Shown piece by piece: positions 24,191 through 35,114 of a stretch of 64,000 nt of DNA. Source of the stretch: Euglena gracilis (taxonomy: Eukaryota); contig CP154954.1 in NCBI GenBank assembly GCA_039621445.1, forward strand, positions 16,324,140 to 16,388,139, in the 5' to 3' direction. Under the pieces are notes generated by a model that saw only the letters and a program-made list of their open reading frames with translations, was not told the origin of the DNA and did no database searches. The translations under genes were made by a program, and so were the position numbers. The number at the start of each line of letters is the position of its first letter. The first letter of the stretch is position 1.

Positions 24191-26821
24191 TTTTACCACG
24201 TGGGTTTCCCTTGCCTTTCCCTTTCCCCCTCCCCCCTCCCTTGGCCTCCTGTCCCCCGGTGGCTGCCCGTCTGTCTGGCGCTCTGGGCTGCCCCTTCCCT
24301 TTCCCCCTCCCCCCTCCCTTGGCCTCCGGTCCTCCGGGGGCTGCCCGTCTGTCTGGCGCGCTGGGCTGCCCCTTCCCCCTCCCCCCTCCCTTGCCTGCTG
24401 GTGGGTGTGTGGCGGTCCCCGTGCGTGCGTGCGTGCTGGGGGGGCGGCGCTCCCCCCATGGGCTCCGCACGCCTTTCACGCCACCCCCGGACCCCGCGCC
24501 AGGGCCCGGGGGCCCGGGGATGCCACCGCCGGCGAGCCCCCCACCCCCCAGGGCCCCGTCGGCGTGGTACACCTCGTTCTGGTACCCGCATGACGGGCAC
24601 GGCTGGCATGTTCCGTGCCCGGCACGCGGGTTTCGGGGATCTGCATGGCCGTGTCGATCTTGGGCTCCGTCGCCTCGTCCACGACCTCGTCCTCCCCGTC
24701 CTCCGCGTCCTCCTCGTTGCTCTGGCGGCTGCCTGCTCGCTTGGCGGCTTGGGGATTCAAACCCAATGGATCTCTTCCGCTCCCGGCGTTGTTGCTGTGG
24801 CTGCAGGGGGGCCCAGGGGTTGTCGTCCCTTAGGTCCGGTCGTTGCTGCTGCTGCTGCGGGGGCGGATTCTGCCGCCATTGGTCGAGCTCTTGCTGCATT
24901 TCTTGCAGCGCCCGTTGGAGCCCTTGGAGGCGCTTTTGGAGGCGTTTTCGGCCGGTGCTTTGTGCTGTTTGCCAGCCCTCTCCTTGGGGTTGGCCCTGCC
25001 GGCTTCCTTGTGGGGTGACGTTTCCTTTGCCACCCTTGCCTCCTTTCCTGGGCTGTGTCTGTCCTTTTCCTGTTTGTTGTCCTCCTCGCTGGGCCCCCCC
25101 TTTTGGGTTGGGCTGTTGGTACCCTCTTTGGGGTGGTCCGGGGTTCTTTGCTTCCCCGATCCGTGCCCCTTTCTTCCAGTCGTGCTGGTCTTGGCTTCTG
25201 CTTCTGGGGCACGGTTCTTCTGCTCCTTCGTCCCACTTGACGGCGTGTCGGGCCACGCCCTGCCAGTGATTGGCAGGTACCCCTGGAGATCCGCCCCAGA
25301 TCGGTTGCGGGTTCTTAGGCTGGCGCCCCGCCTGCCACCCGGGGCAGAGGTCCTCTGCGCCGGGCAGGCCGTCATTGCCTGGCATGCCTGTGATTTTTGT
25401 GTTCATGGTGCTGGTGGGTTCTGTTTTGTTGGGGTCCCGATTGACGGCGTGCCGGGACACGCCCTGCCGGTGATCGGCAGGTACCCCTGGAGAGCCGCCC
25501 CAGGCCGGTCGCGGGTGATTCTTTGGGCTCCCCGCTTGCCCCTCGGGGGGGTCCGCTGCCGACCCTTCCTCTTCTGGGCCTGGCTGCTTCGCCTCCCCGA
25601 TGCGCTGGCCTTCTTGCCAGTCGTGGCTGGTGGGTTCTCCACCTTCGTCTGCCGCTCCGGTGTGGGACCTCCGCCTCTCTTCTCGCGTGCTTCTGGCTTG
25701 GCCTTCTGCTTGGGTTGGTGGGCCTTCGTTCTCCCTCGCCTTCCATCGGCGGATCTCGTCCCTCCGCTTGTCGGCGACGGCTGCCCACACTTGGTCTTGG
25801 AGGCTTTGGTCCCACCCCTGCCACATCTCGTGGCGGTCGCTTGCTTTGGGCGTGGCCTTGAACCGCTCGTACTGCTCCCGCCACTCTGCCGGCCACTCGG
25901 CCAAGCGTGTGTACAGCCTCTTCTTGCGTTGGCTTGGTTGGGTTGCCTGCGAGGCATCGTCCCCTTCGGTGGGCTGTGGTGTGGCCGCCTCCTCCACCAC
26001 CACCGACACTGGGCGCTTGTTGCCCAGGAGTCGGTCTGTGGCCATGGGGTCGCTTCTTGCCGGTGCCTCCTCGGTGGCTGTGGTGCTTTGTGCTTCCTGC
26101 GTGGGGGTGGCGCTCGGTGGCGGTGTGGCGCTTGTGGTTGGTGTTGGTGGGGCCGGCGTGCTGCTTGCTGCTGCTGCTGCGGGGCGCGGGGCTGGTGCTG
26201 CCTGGTGGTGCTGCTGGCGTGGCGGTGGTGCTGGCCCCTTCCGTTGCGGGTGGTGGTGGGGTGTTGTTGCTTGGTGGTGGTGCTGCTCCTGCCGGGGTGG
26301 TGCCTGCCGCGGGCGATGTGGGTGTGGCTGCGGTGGGTGCGTCTTCGATCGCCAGCGTGGCGCGATGGGTGAGGGGGCGGCTCTCTTGCTGCTGCTGTTG
26401 CTGCTGCCAGATCCATCGCACCATTTCGACGAGCAGTGCCCGTTGGGGGTCCACTGCTCCTTCCGCCGGGTAAGGCTGTGGTCGCCCCATCTCCCGCTGC
26501 CACCGGGCCCTCGTCGGCCCGGTGGTGCTGCTGACCGCTTGGATCAGGCGTTGGACTGGCATGGGCAGCTGTGCGCTCGCCCCCCGGAGCAGCGCGGTCA
26601 CTGCCCCGGTGTCCAGCCACGGCAGCGGGAGTGGGCGTTCCACTGGCACCAGGCGCTCCACGTGCACCGGCACCGGGTACGGTGTGGGCACTGCGCGCTC
26701 CACGACCACCGGCACGGGTACGTGGTATGGCACTGGGATCTGTACCGGCACCACGCGCTCGACGTACACCGGCACGGGACAGGGGGTGGGCACCGGCACC
26801 GGCACCGGGTACGGTTGGTGC

Positions 26822-26825
<4 letters not shown>
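24191..26825 (-). CDS. Gag/ORF1-like polyprotein fragment of a putative retroelement: articulin-like VPV repeats, Pro/Thr/Ala linker, two 2A-like motifs, coiled-coil, RGG tract, Cys3His knuckle, GKG repeats; one frameshift near 26202
   Basis: Removing one base at ~26202 joins the N-terminal part of ORF 25372..26823 to the frame of ORF 23598..26045. Motifs HDWQEGQRIGEAKQPGP (25575-25625), HDWKKGARIGEAKNPGP (25134-25184) and CQPCPSCGYQNEVYH (24564-24608). GC-rich; runs into (GA)n at both ends. No RT or endonuclease visible. Confidence 0.65.
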
Positions 26826-26876
<51 letters not shown>

Positions 26877-26886
26877 TCTCTCTCTA

Positions 26887-26930
<44 letters not shown>
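26826..26930. repeat. (TC)n microsatellite / (GA)n tail
   Basis: Read directly from sequence. Confidence 0.97.
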
Positions 26931-26935
<5 letters not shown>

Positions 26936-27817
26936 GCACACAGCGGTAATGTAAAGAGCCAGGCGGTTTCGGATCCAGCCGGGCCTTCCTTGTCGATGCC
27001 CCCGACGCCCGGCTGGTGGGGGCAGACCGCCTGGTGACGGGGCACTCACGCACCGCGGGTGGGCGAGTCATGGACCCCAAGGGTATGCGGACCCTCAGGG
27101 CCACCCACGGCTCCATCCAGGCAGGCGAGATAAAGCCCCGTGGGCACCCACCTGGAGAGCGGCTCCGCGTGTTGCATGGCCCTCGGGTGCTGCCGTCACC
27201 CGAGGAACGGCCCAGGAACTCCGGTTGCCAGGAGCGGGGACCCCGGGGGCCACTCGCCCCACTCCTTGGCGTGAAGGTGGTCACCACTCTGGGATACTCT
27301 GGTCCACGGCCGGCGCCGATTGGGGTCCTGGCACCCCGTCAGCCCGCCTCCTTCACCCAGAGATGGGCCAGCCTTCCCGGAGCTACAGCCCGCATAGAGC
27401 CACTTGCTTCGACCCCAAGCAAGGTATGGGGAGCCCGACCCGCGACTCACCAGGAGGGTAACGGGCTTCACCCACACGTGGCTCTTTCCTCTGTGCCGAC
27501 TTGCACTGGAGGCTGTGCGGGCGGGACTTTGCGCTCGAGTCCTTGCAGGCCGAGAAGCACCACCTCGGTTGCTGCGTGGGGTGGCCTAGCTGATGTTTGT
27601 AAACCGCGTCAGCTGGCGGGAGCCCATATTCTTTTCGCCGTGGGCGGTGGCGGCGTCGGCTCACCCCAGACTCCGAGCCCCTAGCCGTCTTGGGCTGTGT
27701 GGGGAAGCGCTTCAGTCCCATGCGCCTGGCCTCGAAGGGCTCGCAAGCGCTAGTTGCCCGGAAGGAAGGCCGGGACTTTTGTTCCACCCGTTGTGGGGTG
27801 GCCGCGGTTTCCCGCGT
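26931..27817 (-). mobile_element. ~0.9-kb non-coding structured element (SINE-like or retroelement UTR) ending in a stem-loop plus (GA)n
   Basis: The minus strand starts with a GCGG-GAAA-CCGC tetraloop hairpin, contains many stems, and ends CCGC-TGTGT-GCGG-AAA(GA)n. Its last ~90 nt recur 897 bp away at 27818-27910. Confidence 0.55.
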
Positions 27818-27910
27818 GTCTCTCTCTTTTCCGCACACAGCGGTAAAAGAGCCAGGCGGTTTCGGATCCAGCCGGGCCTTCCTTGTCGATGCCCCCGACG
27901 CCCGGGCTGG
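27818..27910 (-). repeat. 3' end of a second tandem copy of the 0.9-kb element, cut by the gap
   Basis: Direct repeat of ~26921-27016, including the hairpin and a short (GA)n. Confidence 0.85.
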
Positions 27911-27923
27911 NNNNNNNNNNNNN
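27911..27923. other. Scaffold gap (13 N)
   Basis: N run. Confidence 1.
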
Positions 27924-30696
27924 TCAAACGGGGGGAGAGGCACACACCCCTCGTGACGACACTTGGAAATGGTGCTGACGTGCTGGCTGAACTGGCTTGG
28001 TCACTGCCGCCACCGGTGAGAACATACGGAGCCTCATTAGATCACACCACCACAGACACACAGACTACGTGAGGCAGCCGTCACGCAATTGATGTGTGTT
28101 TATGCGCGCAATTGCGCAAATAAAAACAATTGTGTTTATGGGCGCATTTGCGCAAATAAAACGTAAACCGATGATGTTAAAATGACGTGTTGGTGGGCGC
28201 AAATGCGCGCACCAACAAATTTGGTGGTGTGCGCATTTACGCAAATGCGCGCACCAACACGTTTATGTTTACTTGCGCAAATGTGCCCACCAACACGTAC
28301 TTTTACTTTCTATGTTAAAAGACACCAATGAGGACCATGACCCTACGAGGCTTTAAAACGTAATGGGGGTTGGTGCGCGCAATTGCGCAAATAAACATAA
28401 TTACGTTGGTGCCCGCATTTGCGCAAATGCGTGCACAAACACTTTATGCACCGCTCCAAAATGATGTGTTTGTAGGAGCCTTAGAGCACACAAACAAAGT
28501 TGTGTTTATTTGCGCAAATGCGCGCACCAACACACATCAGTTGTGCGATACCATCTCCTCCTCCGTGACAGCTGGCGAACGCAACTCCTCACGCCAACCA
28601 ATGGTTTGCACCACAATTACGTGGTGATGAAATTTGTGGTGAGAGGTGGTGTAGAGTGTTCACCGGAACACAGCATGTGACTGGCCAAAATTTGCCTGCC
28701 TTACGTGTGTACATTTGCACTGCTGTTACCCGGCCCACACGACCTGTTCCTTTGGTGTCTTCTGTTTGGCAGTTAAATATCATGAATTGATGACATGCAA
28801 ACGACCTGTGACTGTTAGACACCTTTTCTGCAACAGGACTGCGTTACAAGAAGACAAAATAGGCACCTGAAATACCTGGGACGTGTCGGGCCGGAGTCCG
28901 TTTTACGGTTTTCTTTGCCATTTTTCCCTTGAAAAACGTAAAAAACACCAGTTTTTGTGCATAATTTGGGGGGAGTGGGTCCCACCGCTTTGATGCACCC
29001 AATCCAAGGGTAAAGGTTCAACACTTCCTTGCATCCAAAGGAACGGGTGCTTGAGGGCTACTTCTCTTCGAATGCTGGTTGCCATGCACTGGCACCACGT
29101 CATACCCCCAGTCTTACACCCTGGTTGCGGGGTATAACGCGGTCGCTGTGGTGGGTGTCGTTGCACCGGGGAAGTGGATGCTGGCCTGTTGGGTGCTGAA
29201 GCATCAGCAGCTGATGGGGCTTTAACAGCGGAGCCCAGGCCGCAGGTCAGCGGCAGGGCCCTTGGGACCCACAAATTGGGGCCGGTGGACGTGTACCCGT
29301 TACTGGTTGGCTATGCACCCACCTTCGCGATATCCTATCTCCCCATCTTTTTTACGACCTGTCAATGGTCAAAAAACAGCACACAATAACACCATATACC
29401 GGAGGAGACGGTGTGGTCATTTGCTTTCAACCCATTCAGAAGCCACTAAGGGTAGCAGTAAGAGGGCCAAATGCAATCGTTTTCTACTCCTCCATTAGTT
29501 GTTTATTTGCGCATTTGCGTGCATCACGTTGTTTGTGGGCGCAAATGCGCAAATAAACATAGTAAATTGTGCAGTTTCTTCATACAGTTTATTTGCGCAT
29601 TTGCGCCCACAAACAACGTGATGCACGCAAATGCGCAAATGAACAACATCTGCTGTCGGTGTTTGACGGTTGTGTTTCCGTCACACCGTTTTTATTTGTG
29701 TTTATTTGCGCAAATGCGCGCACCAACACAATTATGTTGGTGTGCGCATTTGCGCAAATGCGCGCATAAAACATAATTTTTGTTTGTGCGCGCATTTGCG
29801 CCCATAAGCTTGCGCCGTTGACAAACAGTGTGACAAACTCACCAACTGGATGGCCCGTCAGTCCGTACCGTCAGGGCCTCTATGTCACACCGTTTATCAA
29901 CGGCGTCAGTTCATGGGTGCCAAAGCCCAACACTGGAAGGACAAAATTGTGTTTATGCGCGCAATTGCGCGCATCAACATTAACATGTTGGTGCGCGCAT
30001 TTGCGCGCATAAACACAATTTTGTCCTTCCAGTGTTGGGCTTCTTCTGCAGGGTTCTTTGCCACACAACTGGTTCTGCGCATCCCGGGTACAAGCCGGGT
30101 GGGAGACACCCGTTCCCCTTTATTCCCTTCATTCCCTGCGGACCCCATTTCATCCCCCCTGCGCTTCCCTTGCCCAACACCCCACACTCACCCTCCTTCC
30201 CCAGTGTCCTTGTCGCCGGCTTGGTCACACCACACCCACACCCCCCGGCACTTCCTCCCCGCACTTTAACAAACAGCCCCACAAACACCACACCAAGGTG
30301 CCGCAAGCAACGCAGTCCGGCAAACACCCAGGACGCACACCGCCGGCAGCTCGGACACACCCGGTGACACAGCCGAAAGGAGCAACAGGGGCAGCAAAGG
30401 TCCCGTTCCTATGGTGCTTTTTTGCGTTTTTTTTTTTTTTTTTTCGGCAGGGTCCCGGGGGTTTCGACGTACAATGTCCATTTTGGCACACCCCAAAAAC
30501 ACCATTTTTCGCCAAAGTCCCGGGGGTCTCCCAGCCAAAATCAGAATTTTGCTCGTTTTTTGCACTCTCTTGTTCACGTGTTTTCAAACCCCCCTGACCT
30601 CCACAGCCGAAACAAAGCACAATCAAAAAAATCGTAAATTTGCGCAAATGCGCAAATCAAACGAAAAAAGCTTATGTGCGAATCCGGCCGCCTAAG
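27924..30696. mobile_element. Gap-truncated copy of the 6991-9991 element
   Basis: Right TIR ...CCGGCCGCCTAAG ends at 30696, followed by AGGCA. Confidence 0.85.
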
Positions 30697-31432
30697 AGGC
30701 AGAGTTTTGGTTACTTTTGACCCTCCGGTTCCCGCATCTGTGCTCCAGTTGCTACATCCAGTAGCCGCACAGCCACATCTGCTACTAAAACTGCTGGAGG
30801 GTGTTTGAAAAATACCTTTGACATCTGTGCACGGTAGGAAATCTGCAACTTTAGCCTAAAGTGCTGGCCAAAAAAATACCCAAAAACAGTGGCCCAGAAA
30901 GGCCCAAAGATTAAACCCTGGTCCAATGCGCCCCATCAAAGTGAGCTAGCTGAACCTCCTAAAAGGTCGACCTCCCCACAAAAAAGGAAACCCCTAGAGA
31001 TGGGAAAAAAAACCACAAAAAATAGACCTCGCCTGAGTCTGCATTTTTGGGGGTTTTTTGTTTAAAAAATTGTTGAAATTGTTGAAATTGTTGGCAGGGA
31101 GCCTTCTTTGCAGGAGGTCTGACTGGTTTGGGGGTGGCACTCTCACGGCTTACGAACAAAATTTATCCCCTTCCCAGGACCCCGAAGTTCTGGTGTGAAC
31201 AGCAAGTATTCAAAAAAGCACATCCAAAAAATGAGATTAGATTTGAGCAACCAATCGAAACAGTGGTCCTGGGTCATATTTTGAGCAGGGATTATTATTT
31301 TTATTTTGCCTGCCAATTCTTTTCAGAATTCTGCACAATCCTGTTTTAGACTGATTTGGGCCAATTTTGATCATTTTAATACATTTCGTAGATTTAGGGA
31401 AATCACAAAAATTTATGCATTTGGCCCAAAAC

Positions 31433-31553
<121 letters not shown>

Positions 31554-32624
31554 ATATGCATTGTGCGAAAAAAAGAGGATTATGCCTCCCACCCTGCCTT
31601 GATGCTTCAATTACCCCTCCCGAACACATCTCGGGGGCATAACCTCCCTTAAAAGAAGTAAGGGTCGCTGCAAGCGCAGCGTCCACTTAAAAATGCACCC
31701 CCCCCACAATCGGTCCACCACGAGCACAGCCGTTCTTTTATTTGTGGGTGGGTCAGGAATGTGACATCAATGCAAATTGCGGAGAATGTGCAAGCACGAT
31801 GCATTCTGTGAGGACGCTTTCTCCCATTATTCTCCTCCTGGCTGGATAAAAACACACACAATAAATTGGCTGAAACTGTCACACAACCGGATTGAATGTT
31901 CCTCCACGATTGACGGTAAAGCTGGGGTTGCCAACTTTAGGGGACCAAATTGCATATTAAGAATTTCAGCAAGCCAGCACAAAATTCAAAATTGGCCAAG
32001 AACATTAAAGGGGGGCAAGATCGCAAGTTAAGGCTAAAGGGCACACAAAGAGGAGGTCCGAGTTGGAAAGATGGACCATAAAACGAAATGAGAAACCTCT
32101 CTTTTTCCCCTTCAAAAAGAAAAAAAAATAATCAAAACCCCAAACACTCATTTTATTTTGAGAAAAGACGATATGTTCAATGGAACTTTTATTCTATTGC
32201 CGAGCTGTAAAAATGGAAACTTAACTAACCTTGAAACCTTTGATGCGGTTTGAATGCTCCAGGAATGTCGCTTTGACACGGGGGCGGGGGTGTCAACAGA
32301 ATGGTAACAATGAAAACAGCAAATAACCAGGAAAGGGGTGAGTGTCAACAACATGGCGTGGACGGGATAAGGTGGATAACTTCCAAAATTTCCACAACTG
32401 GGTATGAAAATCATGAAGTGGGTCCCGAGGGAAGATTCGAGCTCAGTACGACCTTTATCAGTCAGGAAAGCAGTTTTCTAGCAGGAGCCCCTTGCTTGCG
32501 AACAATTTCCCAGCTGGCAACCCGGGGACAGATGGGTTTGCGAGAGTGGGTGGGTGGGCCACTCAGCCGACCCAGGGGGGTGGGGGTGGGGGTGGGGGTG
32601 CACCGTGGGCCAGTCTGTCCCGGC

Positions 32625-34060
32625 CAAGCACCTCTGGTCAGCCATGCCCTTGGGCCCAGCATCGCCCAGCATCGCCCAGCATCGCCCAGCATCGCTCAGC
32701 ATCGCCCAGCATCGCCTTTGGAGCCCTTGAAGGTGTACCTATAATGCCTGCTGCTTTTGCCGCTCTAGCCCACTTTTGGTTACTTTTCGCCGTCTTTGGT
32801 TGCTTTTTGACCACTTTGACCACTTTTTGACTGCTTTTTGCCCACATTGACCACTTTTGACTGCTTTTTGACCACTGTTGCCCACATCTGCTGCCTTTTG
32901 ACCAATTTTGACTGCTTCTTGACCACTTTTGCTGCTTTTTGCCCACCTTTGCCCATTTCCAACCACCTTTGCAGCTTTTTGATCACTTTTGCTGCTTTTT
33001 GACCACTTTTGGCCCCTTTTGCCTGCTTTTTGACCACTTTTGACAACTTTTGTTGCTTTTCGACCACTTTTGCCCACGTTTGCTACTTTTTGCCCACTTT
33101 TGGCCATTGTTGCTGCTTTTTGATCACTTCACTTTTTTGATGCCCACTTTTGCTGCTTTTTGACCACTTTTGCCCACTTTTGCCCACTTTTTTACCACTT
33201 TTGTTGCTTTCTGACCACTCTTACCCACTTTTGCCTGTTTTTTTGACCACTCTTTGACCACTTTTGCTGCTTTTTGCTGGAGGATGTGGTGCAGGCCTGT
33301 GAGATGGCAACATCGAGTGCAAGTTTCAAGCCTCTTGCCGGTCAGACAAACAAAGTCCAAATATCTGCGTCTTGTCCAGTATCTGCATCTTGTCCAGCAA
33401 CTGCATCTTGTCCAGCATCTGCTTCTTGTCCAGCAACTGCATCTTGTCCACCATCTGCATGTTGTCCAGTGTCTGAATCCAGTTCATCTTGTCCAGCATC
33501 GGCATCTTGTCCAGTATCTGCATCGTGTCCAGCATCTGCATCTTGTCCATTATCTGTCCAGTATTCATCTGTTGGCTCCTGACCAAGCCAAGATAACCAC
33601 AAAAGCCCAAAAATGACCACAAAAATCCTAAAATTGACCACAAAAAGCCCCAAAAAGCAACTAAAATAACCAAAAATTGCCCAAAAACACCAACAATGTC
33701 CACAAAAGATTGTGAGAAATGACCCAAAATCACCAAAAAGGCGCAAAATGGCCAAAAATGGTATAAAATCTGCTCAAAAAGGCCCCAATTAGCCCAATAT
33801 TTGCCAAATCAGTGATAAATAGCCCCCAAATTAGCAAAAATTGACCCGTTATGGCCAAAATGGGTGTAAAGCTGGAGCTTTGTGGGGAAATTATCCCAAA
33901 AATAGTTCAATTCTCCACAATATACAAAAAATGCCAGCATCGCCCAGCATCGCCCAGCATCGGAACCCCACCTCTGGTCTCCAAAAATCCAGCATCGCCC
34001 AGCATCGCCCAGCATCGCCCTGCATCGCCCAGCATCGCCCAGCATCATCAGAGGTGCTTG
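32625..34060. mobile_element. Duplicate of the 11912-13346 element
   Basis: Same TIRs; TSD GTCCCGGC at 32617-32624 and 34061-34068. Confidence 0.85.
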
Positions 34061-34295
34061 GTCCCGGCCGAAGGCCAGGCCAGAATTATTTTAAAAGACT
34101 TCCCGCCGATGTTGTGCGGGTGTGTTGGTGGGAGGGTGGACCCCCTCCCCGACTGCCAGGGTGGGTGAGCAATTTTTTGTGGAACCGCCCTCCCTTCTGG
34201 GGGTTAGGGTTAGGGTTAGTGTAGCCATCGTGGGGTGAACGTTAATACCCCCCCCGGAGGTGGTACTAAAATTCTCACCTGCCACATGTATGCAT

Positions 34296-34427
<132 letters not shown>

Positions 34428-35114
34428 GTATACGTATACATATACATATACATATACATGTACATGTACATGTACATGTACATGTACATGTACATGTACA
34501 TGTACATGTACATGTACATGTACATGTACATGTACAAATACATATACATATACATATACGGCAGCAAGCCGCTACTTGGTCCGCGGGTCAAGTAGTAGCT
34601 CCATAGGGGGGGGGTTGCTCCTGCGGCCGCCGGTGCCCTCAGTTCGGCCCCGCGGGGCCGGAACAGCGCCGGATCCGGGCCAAAAACGGTCAGACCGCGG
34701 AGATTTCCCACTTAATTGAAGGAATAGGGTTAGGGTTAGGATCGGCCCACCGAAGATGGGCACCTTTCGGGGACCAAGTTCGGTTGGAAGTTGGGTCCCA
34801 GTTTGGGAAGATTTTGGAATCGCCCGTTTTCCACCAAAAGGCCCGAATTCGACCGAAATTCCCCCCGAATTTGTCCGCCGTGGTGGCACCACCAGTGGCA
34901 CCGCGGGCCGGTCAACCACTTTTCTTTTTTTTCCTTTTTAACTTGGCCTTGTTACAGTTGGCCTGCGGCCACAACTTGCAACCTTGGCCCCAAAATTTTA
35001 ATATTCTCGCCAATTTGTGCACAGTTTACCGAAATTCTTACGGCCATCCATTGTGGCCCCAGCAAGCGTTGCCACCCGGGGGGGGGGGGGGGGGGCGACG
35101 CTTTTGGTCGGAGG

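Noticed and set aside
27711-27780. HDV-like ribozyme on the minus strand (GTCCC-GCC-TTCCTTCC-GGC ... TGGGAC resembles P2/P3)
   Set aside because: No complementary P1 strand upstream and no C-containing J4/2 segment before the 3' P2 strand; it folds as a plain three-way junction. No hammerhead CTGAnGA core either.
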